From: Raillietiella orientalis
Lineage: Eukaryota
Direction of reading: 5' to 3'
Assembly (NCBI GenBank): GCA_036172245.1
Contig: JAYWIR010000084.1
Span: 1-64,000, forward strand
Length of the DNA: 64,000 nt
How positions within the stretch are numbered: position 1 is the stretch's first letter; every line of letters begins with the position of its first letter. Position numbers and translations under genes: made by a program. The notes under the pieces were generated by a model that was not told the DNA's origin, searched no databases, and saw only the letters and a list, made by a program, of their open reading frames with translations. Shown here piece after piece: positions 51,960 to 63,060 of the stretch.

Positions 51960-52379
51960 TCACCAAAAACCACGGATTATCGGCACTTTCGTGGCAGAGA
52001 CTGTAACTCTTGAAGGATGGCATATTAATATACACTCACCTCTAGAGGCAAGGTAGAGATAGGCAAATAAGTTATCATCACGACGATCATTCGCTACTGG
52101 GCCCACATTTATCCCTATGATATTTTGCAGTACTGATCCGCTGCTTAAGTGATGGATTTGCATAATATTATCATTTGGATTGCGCCACTCTGCAACTCTA
52201 TCCATGATTTCTGGAAGCTCAATTGGTGGTACTGAAGGTTTAGTAGAGGAAATTCTGGGATTTCTTCTAGAACCTGCACGAGTATGATTTGCAGGAGGCG
52301 AGTATCCGGGTCGGATCGGACAAAAGATACACGTCTTGACAAATTGAAGTAGCGCTCTAAACGCTTTTGCTAGTATCAC
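51960..52379 (-). other. Unknown protein fragment (WRNPNDN family), copy 1, virus-like by context
   Basis: EWRNPNDN..SGSVLQNIIGIN.GP..DRRDD..AYLYLASRGECIL, homologous to 62629-62886. Confidence 0.5.
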
Positions 52380-52539
52380 TGATAATTACTGAACCTTTAA
52401 AGCAAGTCAATAACTATTGAGTCATCGATACAGTAACAGTGTGTCCTCTAATCTCTGGATGCTCTGACTGTGAGTAGCAAAGAGGCTTTCTGTGCCGTTC
52501 GCTTGACGCTTTCAACCGTGTCAAGCGGAAACAGTTCAC

Positions 52540-52860
52540 CCCTTTTGTTGAGGACCCTCTGCTCCATACCCAATCTTTTACCTTCACCGTGAGGCATTTT
52601 GTATAGAGCCTATATATGCTCGTCTCCTAAAGATATACGCTTCCAATGATGTTCATTTGTGGAGCAGTGTTGCACCTTCGGAAGCAAGATCTTTTTCGTA
52701 CATTTCTACTCTTTGTTGCTGATTCAAATGTTGTGAACAGCAATGCATGAGGATCAATCATTTCCCAACCGGAGTATGTATGCCATCTAAGCCTGGGTGC
52801 CTATGACCTGGGTAGTCTGCACGTTCAACTATGTTTCTGCAGTAACTAGGTCTACCTTTG
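52540..52860 (-). mobile_element. NeSL/Utopia-like RT fragment
   Basis: TYSGWEMIDPHALL, ILLPK, HWKRISLG, LYTKCLTVKVKDW. Confidence 0.65.
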
Positions 52861-52989
52861 CTGCTTGTTTGAACCCTCGATGTCGCAATCACAGCATCTC
52901 ATTCGGGTCCGACGGTATTCTGCTTTCTATTATGTCAGAGACACCGACACGACATTTGTAAATAACAGCCTCAGCGAAGTTTACTTTCA

Positions 52990-54030
52990 GTGGAGTTTTC
53001 GTTGGGAAATTCACACCCAAGAGGTAATACTCAGTATACTCAGTAACCCTCTCACTACACACTGCACTCAGTCAGGTGGGGTGACATGGTCAACGTAGAG
53101 AGGGGATACATAGCCCGGACGTAAGTACCCAGTCGCCCTAGGAACAGGTTGGCCATAGTATCCTCAAATTGTGCTCTCTCTTCACGTGTTAAGTAACTAG
53201 CACCCATGTGATACCTGGCTGGGTCTTTCAATATGGAATGGTACACTGGGCCTATGGAGTGGAATTCATCTATCCTTGGACAGTACACTGCTACAGCTGA
53301 GTATGAGAGCCTTCTTGCACTTTCATATGCGATAGCAAATCGGTGCGTGCCAGCTGGGGTAGATGCAAAGCGTAATTTGGCATCAGGTGCGAGAGACTCC
53401 TTAGCGTGTAATATTCATTCAGAGAAGGCACATTTTTGTCGGCAACAAGTTCTGAATGTCGGCTTTGTGCAAAACATACAGACAGGGTGCATAATGACCA
53501 AGCTGATGGGTTACATTCGTAATCAGACTCGCATCTGCCTCCGGAAAATATACTTTTATTACCTTTGCTGGATAACCGGCTCCAAGTTCATTTCTTGTTG
53601 TTACACCTACGTGTCAATTACACAACCACCAGGAGGCCTTTGTGGCAACATATTCCGAGCAATGTCATTATTTTGTGAGCTAGCGATTACACCGGTCGCT
53701 TGTCAGCTCTACACTTCGTTGACTAAAATACCAGTCACCATCAGGTACATCTGTACCATGACGCTCATATGTTTCCAGTAGCCCGTAGCTATAGAGTGCA
53801 TGCAGTCCATTGATGAAGTATTTCTTATGTAATAGGCTCTCGCTATCGTGCGTGTTTAAGTACCACGCACATGATGTTGTGTATTGCACCTTTCATCATC
53901 ATTTCACGTTGCACGTAGAAAACAGTTGTTGCTCTTGGGTAAGCCGCGCATCAGATCCTGTTGTGATCCCAACATCGCCATCAAGTGCTGGATAAACTCT
54001 GCGTTGGCGTGCAGCATGACTGCATCTTCT
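52990..54030 (-). pseudogene. EVE nucleoprotein-like family, copy B (near full length)
   Basis: GITTGSDARL, INGLHALYSYG, KASWWLCN*HVG, PAGTHRFAIAYESARRL, YCPR, RYHMGASYLT, FLGRLGTY..STLTMSPH. Confidence 0.7.
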
Positions 54031-54929
54031 CCTAGGGGGTCAATTCGGCATATTTCAGGAATGATAATGAAAGCATAAACAGGCATCAACTCTAAATACA
54101 CATCAGCTCCCCGTGTTTCATAGTGATGCAGCTTTCAGAGTAATGCTTTTCCACTCTTCCATTACAAGAAGAGACGCAACTGCCGAACGAAACTTTCCAC
54201 GCACGCGTCCAAGGCGGACAATTTGCAGGCAGCCTTACGGCTGACTCGATTTCATGTAGGGTGCCACCATGCAGCCGCAGGTGCCACCTGGTCGTAGGAA
54301 TTTTGTGTTTCCTTCCATGGGTAGAAGTTCATGTTCTCGATGTGCTTTTCCTTAGATCTTGGCTACTCTTAACTCGCAATTCAATTTTCACCACCGGATG
54401 GATCCTCAACACCAGATGGAGTTGCGGACAGGAAACGTGAGCAAGGATAAGTGAATCAGTTTGCTTCCTTGGAGACCTACTGGAGCGTTTTGTAATGTCA
54501 TGCAGGTTCTCAAGCTAGTTTTCCTTCGTCTAGATCTCGGCGAGATGACTCTCACCAAAAGTCGACATCCGGAACCTTGTGGGTACCTTGTGTAAAGCGT
54601 ATTACACTTCTGATCTGGGTGAATGAGTTGCATATCATCCATCCGTGTAGTACTTGATCTGTGTTGTACTTGATATTTGAACAGATATCCAAATTAGCAG
54701 GGTTTATTTTTTGCTATTTGCTTAAGAGGGAAGGTCATACGGCATACTGAATGCTGCATTACAGATCTGAATGTCTGGTAAAATCTATCATTCTCACCTT
54801 CAGTGCACCTTCGAGGTATGTGTTTTCCTTTCGCCAAGATAAACCTTGCCGGTTTCATCACAAAATCCAGTCAGCTTTATGATTAGTCAGTCATTATGCT
54901 TGCTTTAGACGATTTTAGTGCGCCAATAT

Positions 54930-55140
54930 TGGTGTATTCCTCACCTGTGGAAGGAATAGGCAAAGTGGGAGGAGGCCTCGTATATCCGCTTTGGACAAAA
55001 CGTAGAGCGTTCTGGTGTAGTGTCCCAACTGGTACGCGATTGTGATTAGGGTTGAACGCAGCGGCAGTTTGTGGTGTTGGGTCACATTGCCCGCTTCAGT
55101 TGCCGTCATGCTGCAATGGTTCCTATCAATTGCTTGTGTA
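54930..55140 (-). pseudogene. EVE nucleoprotein-like family, short fragment F
   Basis: IAYQLGHYTRTLYVLSKADIRG aligns with AHQMGHHLSTCHTLRRAGISG of copy A. Confidence 0.5.
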
Positions 55141-55199
55141 CCGCTCGCTTCTGTTGAGTGACTACGAAGACGAATCATATTCCCTAAGGCTTGTGGCCT

Positions 55200-56270
55200 T
55201 GGAACTAATCACAACACCAGATGTCCTCTTGGGTACTGCTTTGACAGCTGTAATGGACACATAAACGACCTTGGGAACAGATAGACAAAACGAATCCCAC
55301 TCTGAAACGTAATGTTCTTTTGATTCGATAACGGAACGTGTGTGGAGGTGGGCAAAGTGTCGATCAAGGGTTCTTTTTTTTTTTTTCTTCTTTTTGTTTG
55401 TCATGAACGACCTAATACGTCCTCATGTCGCATCAGCATCCGTATCATTGAATGCTGCTCCGGCTGTACCGGTAATGTACCCATATGGTGATGTTCAGCA
55501 TAATTTCTGCATAGGACTCCCCGAGGAATGCCATGTTGTCAATTGAAGGGCAATTTCCAGCTTGTGTTCAGTTGAGTAAACGTTTAAATGCCTGAAAAGC
55601 TACTGGGTGCCTGTGCGTTCCAGCCGGAGGTGAAAGAAAGCGCATCATTGCATCCTGCGTAATGTTCATGACATGAGGTGGGGGTCCTACTTTATGACAT
55701 TCCAACAACCTCGAACACCCTTAATGTGCTGCAGTAATTGCCAAGCTGGTGCGCTATTTCCATCCCTCGAACTTCAGGGATTGCCAGTTTGTCCTCCAAA
55801 AGAGTCCTCCAAACTTTAAGTGGCTCTTAACCCCGACTTGGTGATTAGTGAGCCACCAGGAGACTTTGATAGCCATTTTGAGTACCATGCAATTGACTGC
55901 TGTCTGTTTATTTATCAGTGCCAATCCTGCAACACGTTGTGGGTTCCCTGATTCTTTCCAGTCTCCATCGAGTACTAAGATTCATTCACTTTGCGGTAAC
56001 GGATAAGGTCATAGGTGAACAAAGCATAGATCCCGTTAACCATTAGAGTGAGTGATGCGTCCTTCCATGCTTTGGTGTTGCATAGCCATCCGACAGCAAA
56101 TGCAGTTACATTTTTGATTGTAACTCGAGGATCGGACGGAAGATACACTTGGAACTTCCGATCTTCCGGCAACGCCATATCTGTGTCTGTAGTGATGCCC
56201 ACTTCGATATCTCTATCGAGATATGGAAGCTGTGCGGAGAAACGGTCGTAGTTTGTTACTATGTCAGACT
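55200..56270 (-). pseudogene. EVE nucleoprotein-like family, copy C (near full length)
   Basis: NYDRFSAQLP..GITTDTDMALPE, KVSWWLTNHQVG, AHQLGNYCST, PAGTHRHPVAFQAFKRL, FNDTDADAT*GRI. T-run at 55375-55400. Confidence 0.7.
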
Positions 56271-56569
56271 GATTGTTCAGACATTTTGTTTTTATTAATT
56301 ATCCTTGTCAAGATACTAGATATGTATTGTACTAGATATGTACTATAATGAGATCTATGTTGGAAAGAGAAAGACGATTTCTTTGATTCACAACGTTTTG
56401 CCCATAGGTCACCCTTTTAAGCAAGTTATATATGTCCTTTAATGGGGTTGTCCACCGGGACGGGGAAGAGTTGGCGGCCTTGGATCCTCACGGGGGTCCG
56501 CAGTAGTCTTTGTGCCAACGCGGGAGCGCCCTCTGCGCATAGTGACGCTCCGGTGTTCTCGGTCAATGC

Positions 56570-56790
56570 AGCGTCCTTTGGTGTGATGTATCCAACCTAT
56601 TGCAGAAGCAGTAACGTTCTTTATGCATCAGTGGGCAAATATATTTTTTATCTTCGGGGAGCGCTACATCCGTCCCAGTAGTCAGTCCAACCCCTATGTT
56701 GTCATCTAAATCTGGCAACAACGCTGAAAATCTGTCGTAATTGGTCTCTGCCTCAGCATCTGATTTGCTCCGACATAGTGGCACTTAGTT
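56570..56790 (-). pseudogene. EVE nucleoprotein-like family, N-terminal fragment D
   Basis: TNYDRFSALLPDLDDNIGVGLTTGTDVALPEDKK. Confidence 0.65.
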
Positions 56791-56944
56791 CTCACAGTCA
56801 GTTCACTAAATCACTATACTCTATGATATGTTCTGTATAATGCTTATTATTTGTGGACCTAGGTAAAAGAGACAATTAGCTGTATATGTGTGTATGCTAA
56901 TAGGGCAACCCAACTGTTGAGGATCGTGCCTCAATATAGTAGAC

Positions 56945-57210
56945 TACGATGATTCTTTCGTATGCATAAACTCTTGGGCAGTACTTCGCATATACTTCGC
57001 CATTATTCTTCTGAAAGCCTGGAAGCACACTGTATGCCTATGGATTCCAGCTGGTGTATATATGAAGCGTAGTCTCGCCCGAATGACTAATCTGCGTGGG
57101 GTAAGACGTTGGAAGGATGGCTGGCATGCCATCTGATGATAATAAGTTTGTAGTGAAAGTACACTGTTGCGACTTTTAACTTATGTTACTTTGCGGGGAG
57201 GTCCATATCT
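56945..57210 (-). pseudogene. EVE nucleoprotein-like family, central fragment E
   Basis: PHAD*SF..ARLRFIYTPAGIHRHTVCFQAFRRI. Confidence 0.65.
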
Positions 57211-57449
57211 TCTTTATACTTGGTTTATAGAGTGATTTCCGTGATTCGCGGGCAGAAGCGTGCATACGGTGAAGAAATCAGACGTTGGAACGCATTAGCC
57301 TACCTCATGCCCGTGGGAGCCCTGCGGGCGCTGACCTCAATTTGGCGTCTGCACCTAATGCCCAAGGTCTTTGAGGCATTTTGTGACTGGGCACGACGCC
57401 TTTTATTCTGATTTTAAAACAAGGTATGGGGATATGTCCAAGCTTATGT

Positions 57450-60353
57450 GCCACAGTTATGACCTTACCCACGCTACCCTATCACCAAGAGCTCGTGGAG
57501 GCGATTCTGCAGTCGACCACCATCAGCAGAGTCACCGACTGGGATAGCATGAAACACCGTGTCCACCTCTTCTGCAACATACAGTTCGGGGACAAGAGAT
57601 TGAGGCAGGAAGCGTATCGGAGGCTGAATATCCAAGATCGCTCCCTCTCGAAATACTGGTAACAGTACGAGAGTCGGTGCGTCTTTTAAAACATCAAGGG
57701 AGAAGTGGGAGTGCTGGAGAAGAGGAATCTGGCAAAGATATCTTCTGTATCCAGTACGATGGTCGTGCAAGGCACGCGTCGGAAGACATCACTGGAGCCT
57801 TCCAGAGGCATTACGTGGAACACTTTCGACGCAGACATCTGTGCAAATCATACGAAAATAGCTTCCTGAAACATCTGGAGAAACGAGTCAATAAAAAGAA
57901 TCAAAAGATGCTGGAAGAGGAAATCTCCGAAGAAGAAGTAAAAGCTGCGTTTAAGGACCTTCGCAAGGATGTGGCAGCAGGCCCTGATAATGTTCCCATC
58001 TCACACTATCAACGGTACCTGCATGCCTACCAGCGTTTGTTCCACCAGCTAACGCTACGCATCAGGTAAGAAGGACGACCACCGCAATCCTTCTACGAGA
58101 GTAGGATGAGGTTGTTGACAAAAGGAGGCGACCTCACGCAGGTCACCCAATGGAGGCCAATCTCGATCCTCAACTCTGATGCCAAGCGGTTGGCGAAGAT
58201 CTGGGCCAACCGCCTAGGCAGAGTCATGCCGAGGCTGATCTCTCCGGTGCACACATGTGCGGTGCCTGAACGCCACATGTCGGACAATATCGAGTGCTCA
58301 AGCTACCATTGGACTCAGCCGATATATCGGCGAGAACTTGGCACTAGTGTTCACTGACATGAAGAAGGCTTTCGATACGGTGGACCATGAGATTCTAGGA
58401 AGACTGGGCCTCCCGGATTACTTCGGCAACTTCGTGAAGATGATACTCGAACAACAACATTTCCACATAAAGATAAACGGGGAAACGACAGCAGCTATTC
58501 GGATGGAACGCAGAGTCCGTCAGGGCGATGCTCTAAGTCCGATGCTGTTCGTCATCTATATGGAGGCCCTCTCGTCGTTCATCGAGAGAACTGGGTACCT
58601 CCAAGGAATCAAAGTGGACAGTCAAAGGCTCGCTCATCTGGCCTACGCAGACGACCTTCTCTTCTTGAAAGGGGAGAGAGACCAGCGAGGCTTTCTGCAT
58701 GTGGTGGGGCTTATGAGTGAAGGATTGGGCTTGAAGATCAATGCCCAGAAGAGCCAGCTTTTGCCCGTCGGAGTTCTGGACCTCTCTACACTCACGATGG
58801 AAGGATTCCGTACGGTGGATCAAATTAAGTACCTGGGTGTCCACATCGGAGATGCTTCGGCATCATAATTACTGTGGAAGGAAATCCTTAGGAGAACAGC
58901 AGAGGAAGGAACGAAGTACATCCGCTTGGACTTCAATATGAAGAGGAGGGCCAATCTTTGAAATGGAGTTCTCCTTCCAAGATACTCTTTGGAGCGGCCT
59001 TCTCTACAATATCCCAGAACACCAAGCGCGAAGTAGAAAAGCTTCAGCGGAGAACCCTCTGAGGAAAATATCGACCGAGAGTACTCCTTAAGCCACTTTG
59101 TCGTCCTAAGGAAGAAGGAGGATCCAGGATGGAGTCTCCTGCATACGCCGTGGACGTCATGGACGTGCGAGAAATCCCGGAAATATCTTCTAACTGGAAC
59201 GACTGGCCGTACGCAACGCACAGGGCGTACTCGCTGTTGTTGAACAACTCGAGAGGCCTGATGACTGCGCTGATCGGCGGAGTTGGTGGATGGTCCACCA
59301 TCGACCCGACGTGGCGAAGGAAACAGCTACTTGTCAAGAAACAACACTTGAAGATTATTCCGAAGAGCAAAGAACTCTGGCAGGAGAAATCCATCCTGGT
59401 TATCCCGTGGATGCTCCCCGTGCAGGATGACACGAGGAGCTGGACACACCAGCGGTCCGCAGTGACTCTGCGCGATACTGAATCCTGGACACGACAACGA
59501 CACCTGCATCATTCTCGGGTGCTTCGTTATGTAGAAAGGATCTCCGGCAGCTTCACACTCAGGATCCGCGAATTGTGGAAAAATCACCGCGACAGCGCAT
59601 GGTCCAGAGTAACGAAGAAGAACATTCTCCAGTTATTAGATGAAGAACAAGATACCACCGCCCTCCAAGATGCCGCCGACCGCTACGCTAGTAGTGGATT
59701 TAATCCACTGGCGATTGGAACAGTCCTCTGGAGAAGTGATTTACCCCCGGACACTCAGGATTACCTCCTCATGCTTTTCCATGGAGGCATCTTGAGTAGT
59801 TCCAGGATGAAGCTCTTCACGGGAATAAGAGAGGAAGAAATCTGCAAAGCGTGTGGTGGAATAGATACAAGACGTCACTTCCTGACCTGCCCCACATTGC
59901 AAGCCGAGTGGACTACCTTGAAAAGGGTCATAGGGCTATCCAACGCCTTCACGATGGAGGTTTTGGCAAGGATGTTTCAGGGAACTGGAACGGTTCCCCG
60001 CCATGATCACCTGGTAAGAGTGACTATCGTCCTTTTCATCACCGCCATTATCGTGCGGTGGTGGAAGGTGAAGACTACTAGGACCACCATATCTCCCATG
60101 GGGATCCTGAAAGGGCTCATCCAGGAGGAGATTGGCATCAGAAACTGCGGACGAGTGCAGGCCTGGAACTACCGAAACATCCTGAGAAGGATTGGAGGAG
60201 GAACCCAGGCCCAAACGACACCCAGGTGATGAAATGCAGTGAACTTTCCAGAGACCCAAAGAAGCAGACTTCAAGTGAACACCAGTGAAAGGAAGTGCAG
60301 TTTTTGTGCAATTTGTATGAATGAGATTGTAGTGTGAATGAAAAAGCAAATAA
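57450..60353 (+). mobile_element. L1/Tx1-clade element of a distinct family, 5'-truncated ORF2 (RT and zf-RVT) with 3' UTR
   Basis: AAGPDNVP, QWRPISILNSDAK, DMKKAFDTVDH, VRQGDALSP, LAYADDL, IKYLGVHI, CKACGGIDTRRHFLTC; stop at 60229; AATAAA near 60348. Confidence 0.92.
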
Positions 60354-60964
60354 ACTTACCCCACCCCTTGTGGGACTTGGGGAAGCACAGTAATGACCTT
60401 ACCTTTAAAGAATATGATACATCATATTTTTTAAAGTACTAACGTGTCGCCAGTACCAGTGTGGTGATTGCAAACCTAATAGTCTGTGGTAACAACACGA
60501 ACATTTCATGTGACAGTTGTTTACTCATCTGAAGGCCTATTCTTCCTCGCAGGCTTTCAATTGGTTACATAAATTTAGTTATTAGGTACCAGTCTTTATC
60601 TGGTAGCCTTGCTCTATAAACACTGCCGATGTGTACAGTGCCATAATAGAATACAGCATATAAGCCCTTGCCTATCAAAGTTTTCATGTCGTTCAAATAT
60701 GTTGATATGCCAATTTACGGTGTGCACAAATTGGTTTTTGGAAGTCGCTTTTGGGGTGAACAAAATGTCTCTGGTAATGACTACCAGTTGTTATGTCCAT
60801 TTCAAGTTCACTATCTAGATCTGTAAGTCGCATATCTATCTGACGAACCTGAGGCGGCCATTATCTAGCTGCAACAAAAGACAGATTTTTTTTTTATGTT
60901 TAGAATTCAGCTTAAGTTGACTATTTAATATAGTTATATCTTAAGCATACTTATCTTGCAGATA

Positions 60965-61215
60965 TTACAAAATAATTGAGCGCTTACGCAGTTTAGGGAC
61001 CACAAGTTCTTTGGGAACAACACTCAACAGTCCGCACCACGGAAAGAGTGACCGCGATTGCACGAGGAGTGTCAGCTCACCCGCCTTCCATCCACCAAGG
61101 AGATTGATTTTTCCTACGATGGTGCAGGAAAACCTCCACCTCGTTGGCAGGCTGCTGTCATCTTTTGCCCTAAGGGCAGACAGCTCTGCGGTGAGGAGTG
61201 TGGCGGTTAGCATCG
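60965..61215 (-). mobile_element. Possible R2-type restriction-like endonuclease C-terminal chip
   Basis: IDA...EV....LGGW pattern, frameshifted. Confidence 0.3.
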
Positions 61216-61239
61216 ATCACTACTTCCAACGGTCATGGC

Positions 61240-61880
61240 AATGCCACAGGGCAAGAACGTCTTCAGGAAGTATTCTCTGGAATGCAGCCCTGGACTCAAC
61301 AGGCTCCTGCCGCCAAGCATTGAAGCTCGTTAGGCGTCAGGAGTTGCACGAGTGAGCTTTCATTACTGAGGCGAGTTGCCTCAGGAGTAAGCCGAATGCC
61401 CTCATCCTGTATCCTCGATGCTCGGCAGCAACGAGAGCAGTCCGCAGGATGTTGCGTGTTTGCTCACACTTCGGAAAAGTCACTGCTTGACGCAGAGTGC
61501 TTGATCTGTCATTTGACACATCAAGCACACACCGACAGTCATTTGACCATGTCATTCGGAACTGCACTAGCAGACCGATTCTCTCCAGCGTCAGGATGCC
61601 ACGAGAGGCTGCCAGGTCTTTGAGGCGAATTCCGGACCTCGCAGGTCTCCAGAGGTCGGTACTTAGCAGGTGCTGAGTCCGCAACTTTGCTTCGTAGGGA
61701 GCGGACAAACAAAGAACGGGAGCGGAGGAGGGGGATTAAGAAAGGGTTCCAGACTGTAGCCCGTTCCACCAAGTAGAAAGAAGTCCGACCGAAGGGAGTT
61801 TTGATGACCATGATCCTGCTTCTATTTACACTCACGCCCGCTCCCCGACGAATCAGCTCTTGGATCGCAAGAGCGATCAA
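61240..61880 (-). mobile_element. L1/Tx1 RT C-terminal fragment
   Basis: ELIRRGAGVSVNRS (compare 29150) and RLKDL..ILTLERI (compare 43830). Confidence 0.7.
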
Positions 61881-62245
61881 CGGAAGGAGGCTGAAGGGAG
61901 AATTAAAGGCAGGGTTCACTGCAAGCTCATCATTATTAGAATCCATGGGTTAGCGTAGAAAAGTTCATAAGGAATGTGTCATTTTTCCAAACATTTTGTG
62001 ATCGAAAGTGGATTTACAATCACATTTATACTTTAACTGTTATAGTATGTAGGGAAGGGGAGTGGATCTTTTTGTCCCAGCGCAGGTAGAAAAGTAGAAA
62101 GGGAAGACATTTTAACTGTGAAATCACACGAAGGACAAAACCAAAAGCATGAGTCACGGCGAGCTGCAGCTGATGGAAAGCGTTAGCAGTTGATGCAATA
62201 TCGTCAGCGTAAGCTAGAAGATATTGCAGTAACAGCTGACAAAGA

Positions 62246-62920
62246 CTAGACCTGAAAACCGAAAGACCTTGCTACCTTGTCAACAGCGATCAGACTCGGT
62301 GATCTCTCATGTTGTTCCAAGAAATCCCATTTTGTGTCTCGTGATTCTTTGCCAAAAGGATTCTTTGCCTGCTTTCTTGTATTCGTTACTCGTATTCTTA
62401 TGACCTTTACGATTTCTCTCAGGAGATACAGATCAGATTCTTGAGTGGGTAGCAGATAGAAGTTATTGAAAGGAAGTAGAAAGGCAAGGTGAGAACAGGG
62501 AAAATCATCAGTCATCACTTTCAAACATAAAGTCGAAAGAAACATCTGGCATCGATCTGATGGGAGATTGAGATTGATCCAAATCAGAGAGAGCATGAGA
62601 GCGATTTGCAGTAGGAATAGGTCGAGGATCACTGACTGACGGGTTTTAAGAATTCTTTCGTGCCATGAGTCATTGTGGCTCTGGCATTGTACCTCATAAG
62701 GATGCTCTCACCGCGAGCAGCCAAGTAGAGGTACGCAAGTGGATCGTCATCTCGCCGGTCGCTGGTCAGTGGACCGAGATTCAAATTTATGCCGATAATA
62801 TGCTGTCGGACAGACCCACTGTTAAAGTGTGTCTGAGTTTGGGTGGGATTATCGTTGGGGTTCCGCCACTCAACCACAGGATCCACGATTAGTGGGGGGA
62901 CTTGGCAGTGGAGGTGGAGC
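62246..62920 (-). other. Unknown protein fragment (WRNPNDN family), copy 2, with a possible frameshifted continuation
   Basis: EWRNPNDN..SGSVRQHIIGIN..GP..DRRDDDPLAYLYLAARGESIL. Confidence 0.5.
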
Positions 62921-62944
62921 GATCCCTAAATGCACGTCTAATGC

Positions 62945-63060
62945 TTAGGCAGGATAAAGTTTTGCTCTAAGACGCCACCAAATGGTAAAAAGCCCTTTTG
63001 CCGGGGACAGATGATCCTTTGTCCCACTGCCCATTCTTTAACTTTCTCTGTGAGGCATTT
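62945..63060 (-). mobile_element. NeSL/Utopia-like RT chip
   Basis: KCLTEKVKEW...CPRQKGFLPFGGVLEQNFIL; shares nucleotide sequence with 52570-52600. Confidence 0.7.

Noticed and set aside
55373..55400. KKKKKKK as a nuclear localisation signal
   Set aside because: It is a T-run expansion or insertion inside EVE copy C.
60355..60400. ccccaccccttgtggg as an RTE/HDV-like ribozyme 5' end
   Set aside because: Could not build the nested double pseudoknot, and there is no RTE ORF downstream.
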